Origin: a virus
Taxonomy: Duplodnaviria > Heunggongvirae > Uroviricota > Caudoviricetes
Virus record (IMG/VR): IMGVR_UViG_2663763286_000014
Span: 1 to 7,603 of that record
Direction: 5' to 3' (one strand)
Length of the DNA: 7,603 bases
Below the pieces are notes generated by a model. That model worked only from the letters and a program-made list of their open reading frames with translations. It had not been told where the DNA came from and made no database searches. Made by a program: the position numbers and the translations under genes. Positions 1-5,806 of the stretch are shown here, one piece after another; within the stretch, counting starts at the first letter, position 1, and each line of letters opens with the position of its first letter.

Positions 1-327
1 TCATTTTTTCCAGAGGCGGTCGAACTCCGCCTTCGCAAAATAAGCGGAAGCCTGGCGAAGGATATCGTTACTGCGGCGCAGTTCACGATTTTCACGTTCC
101 AGCTCTTTCAGACGCTGACGTTCAGCGGTGGTGAGTCCACCATCACCACTCCCGGTATCCCGCTCATGCTGACGAACCCACACACGCAGAGTCTCTGGTG
201 TACAGCCAATCTTTGGGGCAATGGAACAAATTGCCGCCCATTGTGAGTCATATTCGCCCTGACTTTCCAGAACCATACGAACTGCCCGTTGACGGACCTC
301 GGGGGAAAAACGTGTATTTTTAGTCAT
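1..327 (-). CDS. IS3-family transposase OrfA (HTH DNA-binding subunit, 108 aa)
   Basis: Complete [25 protein letters not shown]...[36 protein letters not shown], with the N-terminal HTH and C-terminal leucine-zipper-like region typical of IS3-family OrfA (recognised as IS629/IS1203-type). SD AGAGG lies 8 nt upstream of the ATG at 327. The ORF ends WKK-stop over an A-rich run (GGAAAAAATGA) at the window edge. Confidence 0.9.
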   Translation of the reverse strand: MTKNTRFSPEVRQRAVRMVLESQGEYDSQWAAICSIAPKIGCTPETLRVWVRQHERDTGSGDGGLTTAERQRLKELERENRELRRSNDILRQASAYFAKAEFDRLWKK

Positions 328-381
328 CCTGTTTACCTCTTTCTCAGGGAGTTTAGTCTCCAGGATTTCCGGGGCGGTTCA
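1..381 (-). mobile_element. Left end of an IS3-family insertion sequence (IS629/IS1203-like); the rest of the element lies beyond the window start
   Basis: Reverse complement of 328-381 reads TGAACCGCCCCGGAAATCCTGGAGACTAAACTCCCTGAGAAAGAGGTAAACAG, a typical IS3-family terminus (5'-TGA...) that matches the IS629 left end as I recall it, with about one difference. It is followed directly by an OrfA-type transposase gene. The element/host junction is at 381/382. Confidence 0.85.
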
Positions 382-806
382 GTACAACCAGCATGATCTT
401 CTATGAGCATCTTCAGCCACGAGTTCTCCTCCGCCAGCGTCACGCGACTGGCCTCCAGTTCTGCTACGCGCTGTTTTGCAGCATCCAGTTCAATCGACAA
501 TTTTTCCAACTGCTCTTTATGCTTTTTATATTCCTGATATGCGTGCCAAGACTGACCTTTGCGCACACTATCAGTGATATCAGCAACCTGCTCTGGTGTT
601 AGCGTGGTCAGTGGCTGTGCTGGGAAAATAAGCACTTTCCCGGAATCCCAATCAAAACCAGCATGAATTGACTGAACCTCAACTGAAGGTGTTGAACCAA
701 TGCTGCCAGGCGAATGAACAACGATCGTTACATCCATATCGCGACGATGGCTGTGGTTGTTGGACAAAATACGATTCACCAACTCAGAAAATTTGGAGAA
801 TTTCAT
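382..806 (-). pseudogene. Phage hypothetical protein (coiled-coil C-terminal part), 3' end truncated by the IS insertion
   Basis: ORF 333-806 starts at the ATG at 806 (SD TGAGG, 6-nt spacer) and reads without a stop across the IS junction at 381; the last ~16 codons ([16 protein letters not shown]) are IS-encoded. The native C-terminus is therefore missing. The native part (~141 aa) has a heptad-like stretch, KEQLEKLSIELDAAKQRVAELEASRVTLAEEN. Confidence 0.6.
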
Positions 807-814
807 GCGGAGCC

Positions 815-1225
815 TCAGTATGTAAAATAGACAGTTGCCACGCCGTTATAGTGATCAAACGATACGGCATTTACTTCGTAGCTGGCAGGGAGCTTCGATC
901 CGAGAACGTATCCGGGCCACGTTTTCCATGGAATTTCTCTGCGCTCACTATCGCCATATACCGTACATCCCAGAGAGCCTACAGCTTCATTAGAACGCGT
1001 GCCGCACGTTATGAATCCCAGATTTTGCTTACTGCTCTTAATGGTGATTGGGTGAACGCTGGCTGATGCATTAGCAGCACGCTGTGCCTGTTGGTTTGCG
1101 ATATTCGCAGAGTTCGCAGCAGCTACAGCAGCCGTAGTCGCGGCGGTAGAGGCTACAATAGCTGCTGAAGCATGCACTTGTTGGATATTCACCAACAATG
1201 CCGCGACAAAAATCATCTTCTTCAC
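815..1225 (-). CDS. Secreted/periplasmic protein with signal peptide and Ala-rich low-complexity linker (136 aa)
   Basis: N-terminus MKKMIFVAALLVNIQQVHA-SAA is a classic Sec signal peptide with an AxA cleavage site and no lipobox cysteine. It is followed by an Ala/Asn/Gln-rich linker, then a ~70-aa domain with two Cys. The start overlaps the upstream stop in an ATGA arrangement (1222-1225), indicating translational coupling. Confidence 0.7.
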   Translation of the reverse strand: MKKMIFVAALLVNIQQVHASAAIVASTAATTAAVAAANSANIANQQAQRAANASASVHPITIKSSKQNLGFITCGTRSNEAVGSLGCTVYGDSERREIPWKTWPGYVLGSKLPASYEVNAVSFDHYNGVATVYFTY

Positions 1226-1572
1226 TTGTCAGCTCCTTTGCGAATCTGTTCCGCCCATTCTTCAAGGGATTTCTCCGCATATTCACCGGACAGGCCATCA
1301 ATCGGGTACGGTTCATTAGCCAACTCTTCTTTCGCTGACAGAATCATGCGTGTAACGTCGAAAACTTCACGCAAAGACTTATTGATAAATCCGTGATTGA
1401 AAGCAGCAGCAAGACGGCTTGCGGTATAGTTAATACCCTCGTTGCGAGCCTCAGCACGTACTTCATCGAATTTACGCACCAGATACTCAGCATTTGTTTC
1501 ATTCACTTTCAGATCTCGCGGTACACATTTCCCGCGAAGAAACCCTTCCATTTCGAAAACATTCATGCGCAT
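1222..1572 (-). CDS. Hypothetical phage protein (116 aa; possibly YfdS-like)
   Basis: ORF MRMNVFEMEGFLRGKCVPRD...; charged, helical-looking sequence. The ATG at 1572 has GGAG 8 nt upstream; an alternative ATG at 1566 forms an ATGA overlap with the stop of the upstream HD-domain gene. Tightly packed within the leftward operon. Confidence 0.7.
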   Translation of the reverse strand: MRMNVFEMEGFLRGKCVPRDLKVNETNAEYLVRKFDEVRAEARNEGINYTASRLAAAFNHGFINKSLREVFDVTRMILSAKEELANEPYPIDGLSGEYAEKSLEEWAEQIRKGADK

Positions 1573-2099
1573 TTGCGTAACTCCGATAACTCGTTAAAAC
1601 GTTCCATAAACATCCCATAGGCATGGCCTGGCGACAGTGGAATAACTTTGAACATCTCTGTTGCCGGGATACCTTCCAGTACAGGCCAGAAAGAGCCATC
1701 ATCAAGCCCGAGATCGCGGCGTTCGGTTGCCAGCATAATGAGATCGGCATATTTCACTGGCGTGCTCATAACAGGAGGTAACCCGTATTTCTCACGGATT
1801 ACGGCGTCTATTTTTTCTTCCATCTGTTTATAGTCAGGAAGAAGGCGTTTCAGTGGCGCGGGGATGTCCTGACAATACGCTTCTGTTGCATCATGCATTA
1901 ACGCTTCAAAAGCAAACTCCTCCGGAACCAGTTTGCTGCAAAGCACCGCATGTTGGGCGACGCTGTAGAAGTGTGAAAGATGACCGGCAAAGCGACAGAT
2001 ATTTGAAAGGGAAACTGCGATATCGTTAATCACGATGTCGTCTTTATTTATCCTGTCATAATAAAAATGCTTCCCGGAAAAAGTTTTAATAAATGACAT
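1563..2099 (-). CDS. yfdR: HD-domain phosphohydrolase (YfdR-like 5'-deoxynucleotidase family, 178 aa)
   Basis: Contains H...H (HFYSVAQHAV) and HD (LMHDATEAY) metal-binding motifs characteristic of the HD superfamily. Start chosen at the internal ATG at 2099 (MSFIKTF...) because it has GGAG with a 6-nt spacer; the longer 199-aa extension to 2162 has no RBS. Length and neighbours (274-aa and 120-aa genes) match my memory of the CPS-53 yfdP-yfdQ-yfdR block; the symbol is from memory, not a search. Confidence 0.8.
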   Translation of the reverse strand: MSFIKTFSGKHFYYDRINKDDIVINDIAVSLSNICRFAGHLSHFYSVAQHAVLCSKLVPEEFAFEALMHDATEAYCQDIPAPLKRLLPDYKQMEEKIDAVIREKYGLPPVMSTPVKYADLIMLATERRDLGLDDGSFWPVLEGIPATEMFKVIPLSPGHAYGMFMERFNELSELRKCA

Positions 2100-2227
2100 T
2101 TTGTTCTCCACTTTATATGCGCTGCACCGCGCTGAATTTTGGTTAAAGAAAACCCTCGCCATCAGGCGATTATTGAGTTAATTACGTTTCCATAAATGCC
2201 CCCGCAGGGGCATTTGCAGTAATGAAA

Positions 2228-3052
2228 TCAGGCGGTGAAAGTACCAATAAAGGTTTCTACTTTGCTGTCTTTGAATTTCTCAACAAGCAGATCACGAAAT
2301 TCGTTAGCCATTTCTTCCTGCATCGCTTCCAGCTGAATAATGCGCAGAACCAGTACAGGACGATCGCCAGTGATAATGCTGAGGCGTAATTTAAACGGAC
2401 GTTCTTTCAGGCCTTCAAACGGAACGCATTTAAATTCAAATGCCACTGGCATAATGTCTTTGGTTTTCGCTTCGACAGACTCCATCAGAGAGCGTTTGCC
2501 GCTGAAGTCATTGTCTTCAAAATCAGCGGTCTGGTTTGCTTCAATTGTGATTTTACGGACTGCCGCAGCCGCTTTGGTTGCCTGAATGGTGTCACCATTA
2601 GCATCAAAGCCCACAAGGTAGTCGGCCCAGTCTTCAATCCATTCTGCCAGTGACTTCTGGGAGTTACGCTCGCCATTAACAGACAACAGAGCAGAAAACG
2701 GTGCTGTCTTTTTCAGTTTGAGGGTGGCGGTGTTATCTGCGTGACCTGGTTCATCAATAGTACCCAGGTTAAGCACACTGACGGCTCGCATATTATCGGC
2801 ATCGATAAAGCAGCGGGTGCCTTCATCTGCAAGATCTTTAGAATAACGGGTAAAGTCATCGATGCTGGCAGTGGAAAGCGCACCACGGAAACGGAAGCGA
2901 TTTAAATTAAATTTTTCCAGATCATGAATGCGGAAATTCTCAGGCAATGCCACAGCATCGGCACCAATCTTACTGATAATTTCATTAACACCCTGAGCAG
3001 AAATAAGGGCATGGATTTGATTAATTGCGGTTGCGTCTAAGTTCTGAGACAT
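2228..3052 (-). CDS. yfdQ: Hypothetical phage protein, YfdQ-like (DUF2303-type, 274 aa)
   Basis: Long uninterrupted ORF with protein-like composition. Strong SD (GTGAGGA, 6-nt spacer) before the ATG at 3052. Same length as K-12 YfdQ as I recall it, and sits next to the HD-domain gene; function unknown. Confidence 0.8.
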   Translation of the reverse strand: MSQNLDATAINQIHALISAQGVNEIISKIGADAVALPENFRIHDLEKFNLNRFRFRGALSTASIDDFTRYSKDLADEGTRCFIDADNMRAVSVLNLGTIDEPGHADNTATLKLKKTAPFSALLSVNGERNSQKSLAEWIEDWADYLVGFDANGDTIQATKAAAAVRKITIEANQTADFEDNDFSGKRSLMESVEAKTKDIMPVAFEFKCVPFEGLKERPFKLRLSIITGDRPVLVLRIIQLEAMQEEMANEFRDLLVEKFKDSKVETFIGTFTA

Positions 3053-3117
3053 AATAAGTCCTCACTATATAAAGATATTCAGTGATGAGATAAATAATCA
3101 GTTAATTAAGAACGATA

Positions 3118-3480
3118 TTAATGACCTGCTGCGCGGAGTTTTCCGTCAGGTTCACCGGCAAGAGTCAGTAATTGTCCCTGGTCTTCCTGCAGAATAGTCA
3201 GGCGACCACCGCGATTGACATACATCGGTGTTTCGGTGGTGTCTTCTTCGGAAATTTTCCCGCGGTTAGTCGGGCGAACATATGAGAGTTTGTGTTTGAT
3301 TTTCACACGGTTCTCATCAAATGGTTCGATTTCCAGGTTGAGCGAGACCTTACCTTTGGTTTTCGTGTTCATCACACCGGAAGCGACTTCACTGAGAACA
3401 GCGCCGATTTTGGTTTCAAATACGCCGCCGTCCAGCTCCCCGATAAATGCCTGCACATCAGTACTGCGTTCGCTAGCCAT
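3118..3480 (-). CDS. Hypothetical phage protein, YfdP-like (120 aa)
   Basis: ORF MASERSTDVQAFIGELDGGVFETKIGAVLSEVASGVM... starts at the ATG at 3480 with strong SD GAGGAG (7-nt spacer). The ORF-track extension to 3798 (226 aa) upstream of this ATG looks like non-coding sequence (Arg/Cys/Leu-rich, GC-rich, no RBS). Confidence 0.8.
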   Translation of the reverse strand: MASERSTDVQAFIGELDGGVFETKIGAVLSEVASGVMNTKTKGKVSLNLEIEPFDENRVKIKHKLSYVRPTNRGKISEEDTTETPMYVNRGGRLTILQEDQGQLLTLAGEPDGKLRAAGH

Positions 3481-3917
3481 TTTGCTGCTCCTCATCATAT
3501 CGACCCTGCAAGGTCGGTTGGTTTCTCCACAAAACAGAGAAGAACACCTGCGGTGACAGCCGCCCGGATGGATTGGGTTATGAGCCCGTCGTCCGGTGAT
3601 GCTCTTCTCTGTTTTGTAAAAAGAGCGGTACCAGCCGGAAGCAAGGGTACAAACTGGTACCGCCAGGACTACACACAGCATAAAGTTGTGGTGCCGGGTG
3701 CCTCCCGGTGCCTGGCGAAGGTTGCACACCAGGCGGGTGGGTATCCACAGAAGGTCGACTGTCAGCCTCAACCTTAACCCGCGTGCGCTGAGCCGCATTC
3801 ACCACAACGCTAAGGATTCTCTCTGGTTGAAAATACTTAGCTGTTATGTGCCTGTCTTTTCACCACTTCAGGCTCGGTGGTATCCTTTTAAGCCCGTATA
3901 CATAAAAGGAAAATCAA
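3481..3917. other. GC-rich structured non-coding island (candidate regulatory RNA/processing region) between the yfdP-like gene and an 81-aa gene
   Basis: No protein-like ORF in any frame. Perfect 15-bp inverted repeat (3529-3543 ACAAAACAGAGAAGA / 3603-3617 TCTTCTCTGTTTTGT) enclosing ~59 nt. 10-bp GC-rich stem 3625-3634/3654-3663 built on three GGTAC(C) units. Tandem 10-mers CCGGGTGCCT/CCCGGTGCCT at 3694-3713. Confidence 0.35.
3611..3663 (-). terminator. Candidate intrinsic terminator for leftward transcription
   Basis: On the minus strand: stem GCGGUACCAG, 19-nt loop, CUGGUACCGC, followed immediately by UCUUUUUAC. The loop is long for a canonical terminator, and the palindromic GGTACC units allow alternative pairings. 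Confidence 0.3.
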
Positions 3918-4163
3918 ATGACTTTTGATGAAAAAGAACTTGATAATGCAATTAATAAAATCATCGTAACGTCGCTCTTTTCCTGTCTCAGCGACACTCA
4001 GCAGAAACAGTTCTACGAATCGGCTTTCAACATGATCGAGCGTTGTTGTTTCTGCGATGCCTACGAGTTACCTGAAAAAATCAGGAAACAGTTGGCTGAT
4101 GCTCTTCGAGTGCGACTTTCTGACCAATTTTCTGAAATGTGCTCTCCGAATTTGGACAAATAG
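3918..4163 (+). CDS. Small Cys-containing hypothetical protein (81 aa), rightward gene embedded in the leftward early region
   Basis: ATG at 3918 preceded by AAGGA (7-nt spacer). Protein-like helical composition with an ERCCFCDAYELPEK motif. More AT-rich than its surroundings. Overlaps the 3' end of the convergent minus-strand gene by 83 nt. Confidence 0.55.
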   Translation: MTFDEKELDNAINKIIVTSLFSCLSDTQQKQFYESAFNMIERCCFCDAYELPEKIRKQLADALRVRLSDQFSEMCSPNLDK

Positions 4164-4356
4164 AAAAAGGCCATTTCCATTCAGGGTCTGATGGAAATAC
4201 TTCAGCCTGTTCCAAAGCACGGCGTAAAGAGAACACAACTCCAGCCATAATCTGATGTTTCCCATTGGCCCAGCTATCGCCGCTCTGATCTACATGGGCG
4301 GCTATGTCGTATGACCAAACGACTTCACCACTATTGTTTAAAATCTGGACTTTCAT
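4081..4356 (-). CDS. Hypothetical protein, first gene downstream of the pL-like promoter (91 aa from ATG 4356; alternative ATG at 4377)
   Basis: ATG at 4356 has SD AGGTG with a 7-nt spacer; the upstream ATG at 4377 has no SD. Protein-like sequence MKVQILNNSGEVVWSYDIAAHVDQSGDSWANGKHQIMAG... Not Arg-rich, so not an obvious lambda-N-type antiterminator. Confidence 0.55.
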   Translation of the reverse strand: MKVQILNNSGEVVWSYDIAAHVDQSGDSWANGKHQIMAGVVFSLRRALEQAEVFPSDPEWKWPFSICPNSESTFQKIGQKVALEEHQPTVS

Positions 4357-4471
4357 TTCATACACCTGCTTTAACATGAGTGCCTAGTGGCACAACATGA
4401 CTCAACGAATCATCCTGGACTTCATATGCCCCAGGCGGCTACTTCGTGGGCGTCCTGCCTGTTCGTTACTG

Positions 4472-4523
4472 CAACATCTTTAAGTTGTAATCTAGTTGTT
4501 GTTTTGGTTGTTGTCAACAACTT
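4472..4523. promoter_or_regulatory. Left operator region (OL-like): two operator-like elements overlapping pL
   Basis: Element 1, CAACATCTTTAAGTTG (4472-4487), and element 2, TTGTCAACAACTT (4511-4523), each have a near-identical copy in the pR region (CAACATCTAAAAGTTG at 5450-5465; TTATCAACAACTT at 5498-5510). Both are built from inverted CAAC/GTTG half-sites. Confidence 0.5.
4489..4517 (-). promoter_or_regulatory. pL-like early leftward promoter (-35 TTGACA, 17-bp spacer, -10 TAGATT)
   Basis: On the minus strand, the perfect -35 hexamer TTGACA (4517..4512) and TAGATT (4494..4489) are separated by 17 bp. Overlaps the operator-like elements shared with the pR region. Confidence 0.6.
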
Positions 4524-4579
4524 TATGTGGTTTTGACGGATGTGAAATGAGGGCAAGGGTTATCAAAAAAGGAGGTTGT

Positions 4580-4684
4580 ATGGACGATGCGCTTTTAATT
4601 ACACAATGGACACTTTCCTTCCGTGATTGGAAACTCTCAAATCACGGGAGGAAGATTGAAAAGGCGGGTAATAATGGTAACTAA
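4580..4684 (+). CDS. Possible small ORF (34 aa) with strong SD, convergent with the repressor gene; uncertain
   Basis: AGGAGGT at 4570-4576 then ATG at 4580 (short 3-4 nt spacer). Peptide MDDALLITQWTLSFRDWKLSNHGRKIEKAGNNGN. The ORF encloses a 14-bp hairpin (4615-4628/4640-4653). Could instead be a non-coding structured element. Confidence 0.25.
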   Translation: MDDALLITQWTLSFRDWKLSNHGRKIEKAGNNGN

Positions 4685-4711
4685 ATTTCTGAAGGAATGT
4701 TTTTTGATGCA

Positions 4712-5398
4712 TTACCAAGTGCGCGATGACCAGAATACTCTACCTATAACGTGAATTCTGGAACGCCTATCTTCGAAGGTGAGTATTTCATCTGGATACT
4801 CATCTTTATTGAAACTTCTTAGAATCAGACCACCGTCAGGTAAATTGATCAATATTTTAACTCTAAGTAATACGCCATCACGTATAGCATAAAGATCCCC
4901 ATCACGAATAGGAACTGTTTGGGAAACATCAACAGCAACAAAATCTCCATTGTTAAGTACAGGTAGTAAACTATTACCCCAAATTTTTACGATCTTTGCA
5001 TTGGAGACACATACACCAGCTTTTCTTAAATCAATCCTTCTTAGCGGGAACCAGTCTACAGTTGATTCAACTATTTCAGCCAAACATCCATTACCCGCTG
5101 ATAACTCGACATCTAGGACAGGAATGTTTGCAAAAATGTCAGGATCTAATGTTGTACTTTCAGCCTCCTTTACAACAAGGTCTGGGAAAGACGCGTTATC
5201 CTCAATGCCCAATTGCAACCACTTTTGAGAAACCCCTAACACTTTAGCAATCTCTTTAATTTTCCGAGGCTGTTGAGTTTCTCCATTCTCGATTTTTGCT
5301 ACGGATTGTTGTGAAAGCCCAATTTTTTCAGCTAGTTGCGCCTGACTCATTCCTGCTTTTTCTCTTTCGCTTTTTAGTCTTTCTGCCAATGTTTTCAC
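4712..5398 (-). CDS. CI-like prophage repressor: N-terminal HTH (XRE family) plus C-terminal S24 LexA-like autopeptidase (228 aa)
   Basis: HTH region MSQAQLAEKIGLSQQSVAKIENGE. Putative Ala-Gly cleavage site (LSAGNG). Ser nucleophile in GNSLLP and Lys in LLRVKIL, as in LexA/lambda CI. GTG start at 5398 with SD GAGGGGG (7-nt spacer). Divergent from the cro-like gene. Confidence 0.92.
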   Translation of the reverse strand: MKTLAERLKSEREKAGMSQAQLAEKIGLSQQSVAKIENGETQQPRKIKEIAKVLGVSQKWLQLGIEDNASFPDLVVKEAESTTLDPDIFANIPVLDVELSAGNGCLAEIVESTVDWFPLRRIDLRKAGVCVSNAKIVKIWGNSLLPVLNNGDFVAVDVSQTVPIRDGDLYAIRDGVLLRVKILINLPDGGLILRSFNKDEYPDEILTFEDRRSRIHVIGRVFWSSRTW

Positions 5399-5449
5399 AA
5401 CATATCCCCCTCGTTTTTATTGAGGTTACAACTTTATGTTTTAGCTTTC

Positions 5450-5510
5450 CAACATCTAAAAGTTGTGATAAAAGTTGTTGTAGTTGTATAATCGAAGTTA
5501 TCAACAACTT
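5450..5510. promoter_or_regulatory. Right operator region (OR-like) between the repressor and cro-like genes
   Basis: Copies of both operator-like elements (CAACATCTAAAAGTTG at 5450-5465 and TTATCAACAACTT at 5498-5510) flank and overlap the pR -35/-10; additional AAGTTGT/ACAACTT half-sites at 5426-5436 and 5471-5486. Confidence 0.5.
5463..5492 (+). promoter_or_regulatory. pR-like early rightward promoter (-35 TTGTGA, 18-bp spacer, -10 TATAAT)
   Basis: Perfect -10 TATAAT at 5487-5492 and -35 TTGTGA at 5463-5468, about 45 bp upstream of the cro-like start; SD AGGAG at 5524-5528. Confidence 0.6.
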
Positions 5511-5535
5511 TACTACTTACAGATAGGAGAAAGCT

Positions 5536-5784
5536 ATGACACCTGAGCAATTAGCCTTATCAGAGGCAATCGCTCTGGCTGGTGGTCAATCAGAATTGGC
5601 TCGGAAGCTCACAGCCAGCAGTGGTCGTTTAGTAAAGCAACAACATGTCTGGAACTGGTTGAACAGAGAAAAGCGTCCCCCTGCAAAGCTCTCGATATTC
5701 ATTGAAATGACCACTGGCGTATCAAAAGAAAAATTACGTCCAGATATTTTTCAAAAGATTAAAGACTTATCAGATGGAAAGTAA
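5536..5784 (+). CDS. Cro-like/YdaS-family HTH regulator (82 aa)
   Basis: ATG at 5536 with AGGAG 7 nt upstream. Small HTH protein (GGQSELARKLTASSGRLVKQQHVWNW). First gene of the rightward operon, divergent from the CI-like repressor. Confidence 0.85.
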   Translation: MTPEQLALSEAIALAGGQSELARKLTASSGRLVKQQHVWNWLNREKRPPAKLSIFIEMTTGVSKEKLRPDIFQKIKDLSDGK

Positions 5785-5806
5785 CCACAGTTTTAAGGAG
5801 ATAGCC

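Noticed and set aside
1-13. A-rich run (GGAAAAAATGA) at the end of IS orfA as a possible -1 frameshift site for an OrfAB fusion
   Set aside because: Plausible for IS3-family elements, but the window ends here and orfB is not visible, so it cannot be supported from this sequence.
668-2585. Plus-strand ORFs 668-1066, 1172-1396, 1393-1620, 1648-1833, 2340-2585
   Set aside because: All lie antisense within well-supported minus-strand genes, lack convincing RBSs and have non-protein-like composition (Cys/Arg/Ser-rich); treated as shadow ORFs.
3709-3720. 12-mer GCCTGGCGAAGG shared between the structured island and the IS orfA region (48-59)
   Set aside because: Roughly one to two chance 12-mer matches are expected in a window of this size, and the flanking sequence does not extend the match; not taken as evidence of an IS remnant.
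3215-3928. ORFs 3215-3556 (+), 3292-3777 (+), 3578-3805 (-), 3686-3928 (+) and the 226-aa extension of the yfdP-like ORF to 3798
   Set aside because: They overlap either the yfdP-like gene in antisense or the GC-rich structured island; translations are Pro/Arg/Gly-rich with no RBS. The region is better explained as non-coding.
3481-4163. Retron (msr/msd) or type III toxin-antitoxin RNA interpretation of the structured island
   Set aside because: No reverse transcriptase gene is adjacent (the neighbouring proteins are 81 and 120 aa), and there is no array of tandem ~35-nt repeats followed by an endoribonuclease-sized toxin gene. Kept as an unclassified structured element instead.
5399-5470. 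Precise pRM-like promoter for the repressor gene
   Set aside because: Several weak -35/-10 combinations are possible on the minus strand (e.g. TTGGAA, TTATCA) but none has good spacing to a credible -10; left unassigned rather than guessed.
4950-5526. Plus-strand ORFs 4950-5228, 4996-5247 and 5296-5526
   Set aside because: The first two are antisense to the clearly real CI-like repressor gene; the third spans the operator/promoter region. No RBS; composition artefacts.
5578-5585. Chi octamer GCTGGTGG inside the cro-like gene
   Set aside because: A single occurrence is within chance expectation for 7.6 kb on two strands; no clustering or orientation bias can be judged from one site.
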